A DNA stretch of 64,000 nucleotides from a bacterium (GCA_963667425.1 OY763407.1:1930281-1994280); one strand, 5' to 3'. Shown: positions 19,565 to 29,744, counted from the first letter of the stretch. The notes: generated by a model not told the origin, from the letters alone. Program-made: numbers and translations.

Positions 19565-21043
19565 CTATTCCAGTTCTTTCAAGGTTTTTTCTGCTTTTTT
19601 GTAAGTATCATTATCTGCATTTACAAGCTTAAGAATAGATCTTAAAAGCTCTTTTGCTTTTGTAGGATTAAAATTCTTAGTTACATTAGCCTTTGAGTAA
19701 AGCTTTTTAACCAATTCATCCTTACTGTCAAGCCATTCCTGACATTCTGATTTATCCGGATCTTTATCTATACATTTTTCATAATTTTCATTTGCTGCAA
19801 CATAGTCATCCTTCTTTTCCATAGCAAGAGCTTTTGCATAGTAACCTATCGCATAAACTTTATCTACACTTTGAGAGAAGTTTGTACCGCCATCAACAAT
19901 TTCCTTATCAAGAGAAACAGCTGCTTCAAGATTGTCCAGGATAAGGTTATGATTTAAAAGTTTTATACCTTCAACAATTTTTGAACGAACTTTGTTAAAA
20001 GCCATAAGCTGTGTTTTAAGCGCAAGAACTTTTGCATCTTCTTCACATTCACATTTATATTTCTCAACTTTAAGAATCATTCTGATAGCATCATTGTATT
20101 TTCCTTCAGAACACATATCTATAACTTTATTTCTTGCAGATTCGAGCTTGGAAGCATTCGTCTTAAGCTGTCCTTCTTTATTTTTTGCTTTCTGTGAACG
20201 TTCCATTTCTCTCTGACGTCTTTCATTCTCAAGACGTTCCATCTCATCCTGTCTTCTTTTACGTTCAACATTTGCTTTTCTTTTTACTTCTTCTCTTTCT
20301 CTTCTTTTCTTTTCTTCTTCTATTCTACGCTGTTGTTCAAGCTCTCTTCTACGAGTTTCTTTTTCTTCAGCGATTTTTCTTTCTCTTTCTTCTTCTTTTC
20401 TTCTCTCAATTTCTTCACGTTTTTGTCTTTCTGCTTCTCTTTTCTGTTTAAGCTCGTCTTCTCTTTTCTGTCTGTCACGTTCTTCCTGAAGTCTTTTTTC
20501 TTCACGTTCTCTTCTTTCTCTTTCCATTGAAGAATTTCTTGAACTTGAACGATCATTACTTCTAGCTCCAGCTTTTACTTCATCATAAACACTTGAAAGT
20601 GCACTTTTAGAGAGTTTCCACAAAGCTGCGGCTGAAATATCTTTTGCTCGACCAAAAGAGTTACTCGAAGAACCAATAATTTCTTCATCAAGAAGACTTA
20701 TTGCTATCATTTTCACAAGCATTTCATCGTTATCGTCAATTTTTACTGACGTAAGAACAGCATAGTCAAATCCTGCCCTTTCCGCTGCATCAGCATTCTC
20801 ACCCCAACAGAATTCATCACTGCCACAAGAAGCAACCTTTTGAGCAAGAGACCTGTTTGATGAAAGAAGATCATCATACGAGATGAAATTAAACTTCTTC
20901 TTAAAAACAGTATAGAGATTTTTGTCAATTTTCTTTGCATCACTTCTGTTAATATCTTTCGTAACTGGAGACATTAAAAGAACCTTTCCTGCAAAAAGTG
21001 GCAACGTAACCAATAAAACTATAAGGACTAAATACCTTTTCAC
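19565..21043 (-). CDS. Exported protein with ~125-aa E/R/K-rich predicted single alpha-helix and a C-terminal helical (TPR-like) domain
   Basis: GTG start with AGGAGG 5 nt upstream; signal peptide (MKRYLVLIVLLVTLPLFAG); central low-complexity ERREREEKRLQEERDRQKRE... region; C-terminal helical region. Hypothetical. Confidence 0.55.
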   Translation of the reverse strand: MKRYLVLIVLLVTLPLFAGKVLLMSPVTKDINRSDAKKIDKNLYTVFKKKFNFISYDDLLSSNRSLAQKVASCGSDEFCWGENADAAERAGFDYAVLTSVKIDDNDEMLVKMIAISLLDEEIIGSSSNSFGRAKDISAAALWKLSKSALSSVYDEVKAGARSNDRSSSRNSSMERERREREEKRLQEERDRQKREDELKQKREAERQKREEIERRKEEERERKIAEEKETRRRELEQQRRIEEEKKRREREEVKRKANVERKRRQDEMERLENERRQREMERSQKAKNKEGQLKTNASKLESARNKVIDMCSEGKYNDAIRMILKVEKYKCECEEDAKVLALKTQLMAFNKVRSKIVEGIKLLNHNLILDNLEAAVSLDKEIVDGGTNFSQSVDKVYAIGYYAKALAMEKKDDYVAANENYEKCIDKDPDKSECQEWLDSKDELVKKLYSKANVTKNFNPTKAKELLRSILKLVNADNDTYKKAEKTLKELE

Positions 21044-21157
21044 GTTTTCCTCCTAAGAGATACAAACTTCAATATATACTAAATTCCCTATTATTTAATT
21101 CATATTTTTCTTTTTATCAAGTTTTTAGATGTTTTTTTAAATAAATAAAACAATTTA

Positions 21158-22525
21158 TTAAATACCTAATATCAATTTGACGACATTAAAATATACTGTA
21201 ATCCCCATCAAATCTGCAATTGTAGTTACAGCAGGCATAGCAACAACAGATGGATCCAGTTTAAATTTTCCTGCTATAAGAGGCAATGTCGATCCAACAG
21301 CTGTCGCTGAAACTATTTGAGCAACAAGGGCAATAGAAATTGCAGCAGCAATTTTGACAGATTCAGGATCAGCTCCCAGATTTACTACAAATACTCTGGT
21401 AAAAAGAATTGAAGCCAGAATAGAGCCCATTAAAAGAGCAACTCTGAATTCTTTAAATATGACTTTAAAAAAATCTTTAAAACTGATTTCTTTTAAAGTT
21501 AATGCTCTCAAAACAACAGAGGCTGCCTGAGAACCGGTATTTCCTCCAGTTGCAGTAATAAGAGATATAAAAGATGCAAGTAAAACATATTTATTAAGTA
21601 CTGAATCAAAATGATCTATAATGCTTGCAGAAAAATTACCTACAAGGAATAAGGAAAGAAGCCATGGAATTCTTTTTTTAAAGTGAACAAGAAGAGGAAT
21701 GTCAAGATAATCTCTTTCCTCAACTTCACCGCTGATAGCCATAAGTCTTTCAACATCTTCAGTCTGCTCTTCCTGCAAAATATCAATAACATCATCGTGT
21801 GTAACAATACCCAAAAGTTTTCCATAAGAATCCACAACAGGAATTGCAAGAAGGTCATATTCTTCTATTTTTCTGGCTATATCTTCCTGATCTTCTGAAA
21901 TATGACACGTTACAGGATCTTCCTGCATTATGTCTTTAATTATTTCATACGGTTCAGCAAGAAAAAGATCTTTAAGACTTAAAACACCTGTTAGAACATC
22001 ATCTTTATTAACAACATAAATATAATATATTGTTTCTTTACCTTGAGCAACTTCTTTAACATGTTTGAATACTTCAGAAACCCTATGATCCGATCTACAC
22101 GTAACGTAATCGGTACTCATTACAGAACCAGCTTCACCTTCTTCATATGAAAGCAGTTTTTCTACATCTGCTCTCTCATCTTCAGGAAGAACAGAAATAA
22201 GACTTTTATAACTGTTTTCATCAAGAACTTTAAAAAGATCAGCTCTGTCATCTGAAGAAAGATTTTCAAGAAGAGGGCGAACTTTGTCAGTAGACGCGGT
22301 TTTTACCAGTTCAACCTGAAATTCCAGTTCAAAATAACTGAAAACAGTACTAGCATCTTCTATTTCCATAAGTGAAAGAATATACCATATATCACCGGAA
22401 CCAAGTTCTTCCAGAAATTCAGCTGACTGTCTTGGATGGTGATCTTCAAAAAATTCTTTTAATGTCTCGTTATCACCTTCAACAATAAGTCTCTTTATTT
22501 CAGGCATAAGAATGATATGTGACAT
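21158..22525 (-). CDS. mgtE: Magnesium transporter MgtE
   Basis: MgtE N-domain, tandem CBS domains, C-terminal TM domain. Start set at ATG 22525 (MSHIILMPEIK) with GGAGG 7 nt upstream, rather than the GTG at 22537. Confidence 0.85.
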   Translation of the reverse strand: MSHIILMPEIKRLIVEGDNETLKEFFEDHHPRQSAEFLEELGSGDIWYILSLMEIEDASTVFSYFELEFQVELVKTASTDKVRPLLENLSSDDRADLFKVLDENSYKSLISVLPEDERADVEKLLSYEEGEAGSVMSTDYVTCRSDHRVSEVFKHVKEVAQGKETIYYIYVVNKDDVLTGVLSLKDLFLAEPYEIIKDIMQEDPVTCHISEDQEDIARKIEEYDLLAIPVVDSYGKLLGIVTHDDVIDILQEEQTEDVERLMAISGEVEERDYLDIPLLVHFKKRIPWLLSLFLVGNFSASIIDHFDSVLNKYVLLASFISLITATGGNTGSQAASVVLRALTLKEISFKDFFKVIFKEFRVALLMGSILASILFTRVFVVNLGADPESVKIAAAISIALVAQIVSATAVGSTLPLIAGKFKLDPSVVAMPAVTTIADLMGITVYFNVVKLILGI

Positions 22526-22676
22526 TAAAGCCTCCACGAAACAAGCTGCATTGAAGCAAAAAACCGTGGAAGCATATATGAAAGCGAATTAATTGTCAAA
22601 TTGTGGTAAAACTCTATTTAAAAGCAATTAAAGAATTATAAGAAAGATTAAAAAAATCTGTAGATAATCACATTTT

Positions 22677-23399
22677 TTATTTTGAAATAGGCTGAAAAGA
22701 AAGCTTAAATGAATTCACACTGTCAATATCATCACAATCAATATCAATATAACCTTCCCGAAAAAACCATGTTGGAATAGGTGGATCAAGATAAAACTCA
22801 ATAGCTGTATCATCACCTAACAGATCATGATCAACAATATCAAAAGAAAGTTTATCATTTTTAGTTAAGGATAAAAGTGTGTTACTTACAAAATCAGCAC
22901 AGTATGAATCAGCCTCTTCCTCTGTCTGGAAAACGAAGTTATCATTTAACAAGACTTTTACGTAAAGATCGGGTGCATGACAATATGCTGCAATGCATTC
23001 AGGGCTTGGATCCCATTCCACATCCTCAGAAACACATGTCGAAATTTTGGAAACAAGCCAGTTAACCTCAAAAGGACTCACACATTCCGATTCGTAACAT
23101 ATTTCATCATCAGCACACTCAGTATGTTCACGGCAACCTTCAAAAGTATCAATATCCGGTTCATTTTCAACAAGATCTTCATCTGGTTCATCAGGAATAA
23201 TCTCTTCAGGAGTTTCAATGGCAACACATTTAGTATCTTTGCATTCATAGCCTGTTTCACAATCCTGAGAAATAAGACATTCAGGTTCACCAATTGAATC
23301 ATCAACTGATTCGCCAGCATTATCATCTCCATCACTTCCACAGGAAACAAAAACAATTAAAAAAGAAAATATAGAAAGAAACCATAGGAAAAATTTCAT
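22677..23399 (-). CDS. Cys-rich acidic lipoprotein (paralog of 23420..24118)
   Basis: Lipobox (VFVSCGSDGDD); two C-x-x-x-x-D-C-x-x-G-Y-x-C-type modules (CLISQDCETGYECKDTKCV; CREHTECADDEICYESECV) and a ~120-aa C-terminal domain. Confidence 0.6.
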   Translation of the reverse strand: MKFFLWFLSIFSFLIVFVSCGSDGDDNAGESVDDSIGEPECLISQDCETGYECKDTKCVAIETPEEIIPDEPDEDLVENEPDIDTFEGCREHTECADDEICYESECVSPFEVNWLVSKISTCVSEDVEWDPSPECIAAYCHAPDLYVKVLLNDNFVFQTEEEADSYCADFVSNTLLSLTKNDKLSFDIVDHDLLGDDTAIEFYLDPPIPTWFFREGYIDIDCDDIDSVNSFKLSFQPISK

Positions 23400-23419
23400 A
23401 TATAATACCTCGAAAAATA

Positions 23420-24118
23420 TTAATTAGCAGGCTCAAATTTAGCAGAAAAGCTAATTACATTGCTAAAATCAGTTTCATTTATAGCCTGATTTCTGAAAAC
23501 AGATATTGGAACAGGAGAATATGTAATAGTTCCGGCTTTAGTGTAATCAAAAGTATCAGCATCTCTTATTTCTATCACAAAAGAATCATTTTCATCAAGA
23601 ACCAGTTCCACAGATTCTATAAAAGTTGCAGTAAAAGTATCTGAAGCGACATCAGTTTCAAGCACTTTTGCACCATTAAGATAAACAATAATCATAGGAT
23701 CAGGCTGAACAGCTTCGCCTCCGAGACCTATTTCATCCCAGATTTTATCAGTACTCAATGAAACTTTCATATCAGAAAGTCTCCATATTTTATCAAAAGG
23801 ATTAAGACATTGTTTGTACTGACATATTTTATCAGCATCACAATCTGAAGAGGTTTTACAAGAGCCATCATTTGAATCTGTTATAATTTCTGTAACATCA
23901 TCATCAATATCTTCTTCATAAAGAGGATTCCCTTCTGTTTCATCTCCAGGAACACAATAAAAATTATCACCGCATATATAACCTCTGGGGCAATCAGACA
24001 GTGTTTTACAGTTCAAAACTGAAGACTCATTATCAGTTTCATTTCCTTCAGAAGAATCACATCCGAAGGAAAAAAAGAATGAAAAGAAAATAGCTAAAAT
24101 CAAAACACATATCTTCAT
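23420..24118 (-). CDS. Cys-rich acidic lipoprotein (paralog of 22677..23399)
   Basis: Lipobox (SFGCDSSEGNE); same two Cys modules (CKTLSDCPRGYICGDNFYCV; CKTSSDCDADKICQYKQCL) with matching spacing and the motif NPFD/SPFE-x-W after the second module. Confidence 0.6.
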   Translation of the reverse strand: MKICVLILAIFFSFFFSFGCDSSEGNETDNESSVLNCKTLSDCPRGYICGDNFYCVPGDETEGNPLYEEDIDDDVTEIITDSNDGSCKTSSDCDADKICQYKQCLNPFDKIWRLSDMKVSLSTDKIWDEIGLGGEAVQPDPMIIVYLNGAKVLETDVASDTFTATFIESVELVLDENDSFVIEIRDADTFDYTKAGTITYSPVPISVFRNQAINETDFSNVISFSAKFEPAN

Positions 24119-24323
24119 TTAATTTTTCTCCTAATTCAAAATCTTATCATCAATTATCTGAAATAATTTTTTTTTGTCAAGTGAAGTGAATAAGAACTCA
24201 TATATTTAAAATGTTTTTTAAACAAATTAACTTATTCTTTTAATTTAGACTATAATTTGACTTTATTTTACTTTTCGGTAATGATTTTACTGTTCTGTTG
24301 TTTTACTATAAAGGAGTTTTATC

Positions 24324-24737
24324 ATGAAAAAGGTTTTTATCTTTTTTGCATTTATCTTTTTCTATACATCAGTCTGGTCTTGTGCTGCTATTGCCGAAGC
24401 CAGAAACAAAGCCGGTAATTCAGTTTCATGGACTATTTACAATCAGGAAAAAATACCAGTAGCAAAATGTGTAACTCTTGCTAAATCAAAACTTCAGGCA
24501 GGAAATGGAATGAGCGTTATAGCACCTGCAAGCACATCTCTAAATCATGGATTCTTTGTTATGATTTCTGCTGCTTATGATCCAGGCAATGGAAAGGCAA
24601 GAGAAAGAAATGGTTATGGCTTCAGTAGCAAATCTGCAAAAGATGCAGAACTTGAAGCTGTAAAAAATTTAAAGAAAAATGACAACCTGTGGAAAAAAGA
24701 AGAAGGTTATCAGGTTGATAAATCTGTTAGTTTTTAA
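24324..24737 (+). CDS. Small secreted protein (hypothetical)
   Basis: AAGGAG Shine-Dalgarno 6 nt upstream of ATG; signal peptide (MKKVFIFFAFIFFYTSVWSCAA); 137 aa; no recognisable motif. Confidence 0.5.
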   Translation: MKKVFIFFAFIFFYTSVWSCAAIAEARNKAGNSVSWTIYNQEKIPVAKCVTLAKSKLQAGNGMSVIAPASTSLNHGFFVMISAAYDPGNGKARERNGYGFSSKSAKDAELEAVKNLKKNDNLWKKEEGYQVDKSVSF

Positions 24738-24752
24738 ATAAAAAGCTTTAAT

Positions 24753-24786
24753 AAAAAAAGGGGAGCAATAAGCTCCCCTTTTTTTA
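24753..24786. terminator. Bidirectional Rho-independent terminator between convergent genes
   Basis: A-run, GGGGAGC-aataa-GCTCCCC stem-loop, T-run; lies between the stop of 24324..24737 (+) and the stop of rplQ (-). Confidence 0.8.
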
Positions 24787-24805
24787 TAATATTTTCAAGC
24801 AAAAT

Positions 24806-25219
24806 CTATTCAGAAGCTGTTTCTTCCTCTTTGATTTCCTTTGGCACTATATTAGCATCGGCACCAACATATTCAACGATAGCAGTTTCAGCACCATCAC
24901 CACGTCTGAAGCCAAGCTTTATAACTCTTGTGTAACCACCCTGTCTATCCTGTAAACGGGGAGCTATTTCTTTTACAAGCTTTGTAATAACAAGAGTTCT
25001 TTCGTATTTTAAATGTCTTGCGAGCTGAATCATAGAAGCATCAGTTCCTTTCTTAGCAAGAGTAATAACTTTGTCTGCTATTTTTGAAAGTTCTTTTGCT
25101 CTAACAAGTGTAGTTACAATTCTTTCATGCTTAACAAGCGAGGCAAGAAGATTCGTCATCATAGCTTTGCGATGAGCTGACGGTCTACCAAGCCTTTTTC
25201 CAGCTTTCCTGTGTCTCAT
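24806..25219 (-). CDS. rplQ: 50S ribosomal protein L17
   Basis: MRHRKAGKRLGRPSAHRKAM... L17 signature; last gene of the alpha operon. Confidence 0.95.
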   Translation of the reverse strand: MRHRKAGKRLGRPSAHRKAMMTNLLASLVKHERIVTTLVRAKELSKIADKVITLAKKGTDASMIQLARHLKYERTLVITKLVKEIAPRLQDRQGGYTRVIKLGFRRGDGAETAIVEYVGADANIVPKEIKEEETASE

Positions 25220-25224
25220 TTTAT

Positions 25225-26247
25225 TTACTCCTTATCCTGATCTTTTTTTCTTTCAAGCTCTTCTATTATCTTTTCATCAGGGAAACTGTTAATATCCATT
25301 CCGAAATGCAATCCCATGTTCAAAAGAATAAGCTTAATCTCATTAAGAGATTTTCTTCCAAAGTTTTTTGTCTTAAGCATTTCTGATTCGCTTCTTTTAA
25401 CAAGCTCTCCAAGATACTTAATATTTGCATTCTTAAGACAGTTATAGGAACGAACAGAAAGATCAAGATCTTCTATTCTCTTGTAAAGATTCCAGTTAAC
25501 CTCCTCTGAATGTTCGGAAGAATCAAGACCTCTTTCCTGCTCCATTGAGAAATTAATAAAGAAACGTGTATGTTCATTAAGAATCATTGCCGCATAGGCA
25601 AGAGCATCTCTTGGAGCAATTGAACCATCTGTTTCTATGTCAAATGTAAGCTTATCATAATTAAAGCTATTCTTAACTCTTGCACTTGTTATCTTATAGT
25701 TAACATGTGTAACTGGGGAGAAGAATGAATCAACAGCTATATATCCCTCAGGGATGAAAGAAGGATCATGCTCTTCGGCAGGCACATAACCTCTACCTGA
25801 ACTTACAAGCAGCTCCATCTCAAAATCTATATTCTCATCCATTTCAAATAGAACAAGATCTTTATTAAGCACTTTCAATTCAGCTGTTTCTGTAATCTCT
25901 CCAGCTGTAACGACACCTTTTTCGCTCTTTTTCAGAACTATATGATGAAGTTTGTCCTGATACGCTACGAAACGGATCTGTTTTATGTTGAGAATTATAT
26001 CAACAACATCCTCTCTTACGCCTGGAATAGAGGTAAATTCATGTTCAACACCTTTGATTTTTATGGCAACTATAGCTGCACCTCTAAGTGTTGAAAGAAG
26101 TATTCTTCTTAACGAATTACCAAGAGTTATTCCGTAACCCTTCATAAGGGGTTCACATGTAAATCTGGCATAATGACCATCATCACTCTGCTTTATTACC
26201 CTTACATCCTTCGGCATTATAAGTGTATTCCAGTTGGAATGAAACAT
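25225..26247 (-). CDS. rpoA: DNA-directed RNA polymerase alpha subunit
   Basis: N-terminal domain (EPLMKGYGITLGNSLRRILLS) and C-terminal domain (LSVRSYNCLKNANIKYLGEL). Confidence 0.95.
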   Translation of the reverse strand: MFHSNWNTLIMPKDVRVIKQSDDGHYARFTCEPLMKGYGITLGNSLRRILLSTLRGAAIVAIKIKGVEHEFTSIPGVREDVVDIILNIKQIRFVAYQDKLHHIVLKKSEKGVVTAGEITETAELKVLNKDLVLFEMDENIDFEMELLVSSGRGYVPAEEHDPSFIPEGYIAVDSFFSPVTHVNYKITSARVKNSFNYDKLTFDIETDGSIAPRDALAYAAMILNEHTRFFINFSMEQERGLDSSEHSEEVNWNLYKRIEDLDLSVRSYNCLKNANIKYLGELVKRSESEMLKTKNFGRKSLNEIKLILLNMGLHFGMDINSFPDEKIIEELERKKDQDKE

Positions 26248-26264
26248 CTGCCTATCCCCCTCTA

Positions 26265-26894
26265 TTATTTAGAATAAAGCTCTACTATAAGGTTCTCTTT
26301 TATATCATCTGTAATGTCTTCTCTTTCAGGCATTCTGACAACCTTACCTTTAAATTCATCTTTGCTGAGCTCAAGCCATGCAGGAATCGGAGTTCTTTCG
26401 CCTGCAGACTCAAGAGAAGTTTTAAAAGCAGAGCTTTTTCTGCTCTTTTCTTTTATTTCAACAACATCACCTTCTTTAACTACAAATGAAGGAATATTGG
26501 TTATTTTCCCATTTACAAGAAAGTGCCTATGGTTAACAAGCTGTCTTGCCTGATTTCTGCTCATTGCCATACCAAGTCTGAAAACAACATTGTCAAGTCT
26601 TCTCTCAAGAAGAGCAAGAAGATTTTCACCAGTAACACCTTTTTTCAGAACAGCTCTTGAATAGAAAATTCTGAACTGTTTTTCAAGCATACCATATATT
26701 GATCTTACTTTCTGTTTTTCTCTTAACTGAATTTTATAGTCTGTAACTCTTTTACGACCTTTTCCATGCATACCAGGGCTATAAGGTCTTTTATCAAATG
26801 AACATTTTTCTGAGTGGCATCTCTCGCCTTTAAGAAAGAGTTTTACCCCCTCTCTTCTACAGAATCTGCATACTGAACCTGTATACTTTGCCAA
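26265..26894 (-). CDS. rpsD: 30S ribosomal protein S4
   Basis: MAKYTGSVCRFCRREG... S4 signature with zinc-ribbon cysteines. Confidence 0.95.
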   Translation of the reverse strand: MAKYTGSVCRFCRREGVKLFLKGERCHSEKCSFDKRPYSPGMHGKGRKRVTDYKIQLREKQKVRSIYGMLEKQFRIFYSRAVLKKGVTGENLLALLERRLDNVVFRLGMAMSRNQARQLVNHRHFLVNGKITNIPSFVVKEGDVVEIKEKSRKSSAFKTSLESAGERTPIPAWLELSKDEFKGKVVRMPEREDITDDIKENLIVELYSK

Positions 26895-26944
26895 AGCTTC
26901 CTCCTTTTAACAAAATAAAAGTTTACGCCAAATATAAACTTTTT

Positions 26945-27325
26945 TTACACTCTTCTTCTTTTTTTCTGTCTACAGCCATTGTGAGGGATAGGAGTAACAT
27001 CTCTAAGTAAAGTGAGATTGTAACCCATATTTGCCAATCCTCTAATTGCTGCTTCTCTACCACTTCCAGGACCTTTAACATAAACACTAAGTGTTCTTAA
27101 GCCGTAATCCTGTGCTTTCTTTCCAGCATCTTCTGCCGCCATCTGAGCAGCATAAGGCGTGCTTTTTTTAGAACCTCTAAAACCCATGAGACCAGCACTT
27201 GACCATGAAAGCGCGTTTCCACTTACATCAGTAATTGTTACAATTGTATTGTTGAAACTACACTGAATATAAGCAAGTCCCGTCTGGATACTCTTTTTTA
27301 CTTTTTTCTTTCTATCTACAGCCAT
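26945..27325 (-). CDS. rpsK: 30S ribosomal protein S11
   Basis: S11 signature ([10 protein letters not shown] ... KKSTPYAAQ). Confidence 0.95.
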   Translation of the reverse strand: MAVDRKKKVKKSIQTGLAYIQCSFNNTIVTITDVSGNALSWSSAGLMGFRGSKKSTPYAAQMAAEDAGKKAQDYGLRTLSVYVKGPGSGREAAIRGLANMGYNLTLLRDVTPIPHNGCRQKKRRRV

Positions 27326-27343
27326 TTCTTCTTATCCTCCAGC

Positions 27344-27709
27344 CTACTTCTTTTTTCTGGCCATTGTGCGTTTAGGTCCTTTTCTGGTTCTTGCATTGGT
27401 AGAAGTTCTCTGACCTCTCACAGGAAGTCCCTTCCTATGTCTGAGACCTCTATAACTACCAAGATCCATAAGCCTTTTAACATTCATAATAACTTCCTGA
27501 CGAAGATCTCCCTCGACTCTGTAACCTTCATCGATAACAGATCTAAGGGCTGCAACATCCTGATCTGTAAGCATGCCAGCTCTCATATTCTTGTCAAGAC
27601 CAGCCTTCTCAATAATAACGTTAGAAGTAGTTCTACCTATACCATAGATATAAGTAAGAGCTATTTCAAGACGTTTATTCGGCAGGTCAACACCAGCAAT
27701 ACGTGCCAA
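27344..27709 (-). CDS. rpsM: 30S ribosomal protein S13
   Basis: (M)ARIAGVDLP... S13 signature; TTG start preceded by AGGAGGTGA. Confidence 0.95.
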   Translation of the reverse strand: MARIAGVDLPNKRLEIALTYIYGIGRTTSNVIIEKAGLDKNMRAGMLTDQDVAALRSVIDEGYRVEGDLRQEVIMNVKRLMDLGSYRGLRHRKGLPVRGQRTSTNARTRKGPKRTMARKKK

Positions 27710-27726
27710 ACTTCACCTCCTAAATA

Positions 27727-27840
27727 CTATCCTTGTTTTTGTTTATGTTTAGGGTTTTCACAGATAACCCTTAATACACCGCTTCTCTTAACAATTTTGC
27801 ACTTTGGGCAAATTTTCTTAACAGATGCTCTGACTTTCAT
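27727..27840 (-). CDS. rpmJ: 50S ribosomal protein L36
   Basis: Not in the ORF track (below length cutoff). Manual translation of the minus strand gives [37 protein letters not shown] (37 aa) with the C-x-x-C...C zinc-ribbon pattern of L36; sits between infA and rpsM. Confidence 0.9.
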   Translation of the reverse strand: MKVRASVKKICPKCKIVKRSGVLRVICENPKHKQKQG

Positions 27841-27867
27841 AAAACCCTCCATATATACAAATATATA

Positions 27868-28104
27868 TTAATCATTATTCCTGGGATTTTTCATTCTATG
27901 AACTATCCTGCCTCTAGTAAGGTCGTAAGGAGAAAGTTCAACTTCAACCTTATCTCCAGGAAGTATCCTTATAAAAAACTTCCTCATCTTCCCAGATATA
28001 TGAGCAAGTACTTTATGTCCGTTTTCAAGCTCCACTTTAAACATTGCATTAGGTAAGGTGTCAACAATAACACCCTGCACAGTAATTCCTTCTTCTTTAC
28101 CCAT
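27868..28104 (-). CDS. infA: Translation initiation factor IF-1
   Basis: S1-like OB fold signature ([31 protein letters not shown]). Confidence 0.95.
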   Translation of the reverse strand: MGKEEGITVQGVIVDTLPNAMFKVELENGHKVLAHISGKMRKFFIRILPGDKVEVELSPYDLTRGRIVHRMKNPRNND

Positions 28105-28424
28105 GAATCTCCCTCAAACACAAAATCACAGAGAATTTACAGAAAATGCAGAGTTTTGCAAGTTATTTTCAAGATTTAGCAACAACCTCCGAAGTTTACT
28201 GTATATTTGCACGCCATAAAAAGAAACGTAAAATTCTGTAATCTTATTTTTCTTACAATTTTCTATAAAACCCAACATTGAAGCAATTATACCAAAAAAA
28301 CACTTTTTAGTTTTTTCGGTTGCAAAGTATAAAAATAGACAAAGAACACCTGACATCAGTTTAAACAGATTGACAAGTGTTCTTTTATTTTTATTGAAAA
28401 AGAAAGAACAAGAAAGCATTATTG

Positions 28425-29744
28425 TTAACCTCTTCTTCCCTTTACAAGAGCTTGCTTACTTCCTATTGTAAAACCATCGTAATTGTTACTGATAAGATAA
28501 GACTCTATCTGATTAGCCATATCCATTGCAACACCAACAACGATTAGAATTGATGTTCCACCAAGATAAACAGGAATATTAAGCGTATTTCTTAATATAT
28601 CAGGAAGAATACATACTGCTGTAAGGTAAATAGCTCCACCGAAAGTAACTCTTCCTACAACAGAATTGAGATAACTTACTGTCTCTTTGCCAGGTCTTAT
28701 ACCAGGAACATAACCACCCTGTTTGTTAAGATTTTCTGCCACATCTTCAGTTTTAAACTGTATAAAAGTGTAAAAATAGGCAAAAAATACAATAAGAGCA
28801 ATGTATGAAAGATTATATAGCCAACCTCCATGAGAGAAAGCAGCTTCAATTGGACCCATCCATGCAAGATCAAAAAATTTAGCCATTGTTGCAGGGAAAA
28901 TAAGAAGAGAGCTTGCAAATATAGGAGGAATAACTCCTGATATATTTATTTTTATTGGAAGATGGCTGTTCTGAACAGTTTTTCCTCCTGCAATTCTTCT
29001 TGCATACTGAACCGGTATTCTTCTCTGTCCGCTTTCAACAAAAACAATTACAGCAAATGTTATAACGAATATAAAAAGGAAAAGAGCAACATCAAAAGGT
29101 TTTATAGCATTCTGCTTAACCATGTTGAAGACCTGGAAAAACATATCAGGAAATCTCGTTACAATGGAAGCAAATATAATGAGAGAGATGCCGTTTCCAA
29201 TACCTCTGTCAGTTATTCTTTCTCCAATCCACATAATAAACATTGTACCTGTAGTAAGAGTTACGACTGTCATTATACGGAAAAACCAACCAGGATTAGA
29301 TACTACCATTTCTCCAGCCGGTCCTGTAAGATTTTCAAGAAATCTTGACATCATAAAACCCTGAAAGATACAGAGCAGAACTGTACCGTATCTTGTATAT
29401 TGCGTAATCTTTTTCTGACCTGCTTCACCTTCTTTTTGAAGTTCAGCAATACTTGGAACAGCAACAGCAAGAAGTGAAAGAATAATACTTGCTGAAATAT
29501 AAGGCATAATTCCAAGGGCAAAAATCGAAAGTTTAGATAACGCACCACCGGAAAACATATTGAACATACCTAATAGAGTACCTGATCCTTCAGTTGTCAT
29601 TATCTTTTCCATAACTGTACGGTCAACACCGGGAGTCGTTATAAAGACTCCCAGTCTGTAAACCGCAAGCATAAAAAGTGTATAGAGCAACTTTTCTCTA
29701 AGATCGGGTATTCTAAAAATATTTTTAAGTACTCGACTAATCAA
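28425..29744 (-). CDS. secY: Preprotein translocase subunit SecY
   Basis: 439 aa, 10 TM helices, conserved SecY blocks (GIMPYISASIIL, GTSILIVVGVAMD). Confidence 0.95.
   Translation of the reverse strand: MISRVLKNIFRIPDLREKLLYTLFMLAVYRLGVFITTPGVDRTVMEKIMTTEGSGTLLGMFNMFSGGALSKLSIFALGIMPYISASIILSLLAVAVPSIAELQKEGEAGQKKITQYTRYGTVLLCIFQGFMMSRFLENLTGPAGEMVVSNPGWFFRIMTVVTLTTGTMFIMWIGERITDRGIGNGISLIIFASIVTRFPDMFFQVFNMVKQNAIKPFDVALFLFIFVITFAVIVFVESGQRRIPVQYARRIAGGKTVQNSHLPIKINISGVIPPIFASSLLIFPATMAKFFDLAWMGPIEAAFSHGGWLYNLSYIALIVFFAYFYTFIQFKTEDVAENLNKQGGYVPGIRPGKETVSYLNSVVGRVTFGGAIYLTAVCILPDILRNTLNIPVYLGGTSILIVVGVAMDMANQIESYLISNNYDGFTIGSKQALVKGRRG

Noticed and set aside
20185-20556. ORFs on both strands (88, 78 and 65 aa) within the ER/K-rich gene
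   Set aside because: Artefacts of the purine-rich low-complexity coding region of 19565..21043; the translations are poly-F/L/S or poly-K/E nonsense.
28126-28419. 97-aa minus-strand ORF between secY and infA
   Set aside because: Low-complexity, Phe/Leu/Lys-rich translation of AT-rich DNA, no Shine-Dalgarno, no resemblance to Adk or Map; treated as non-coding spacer.
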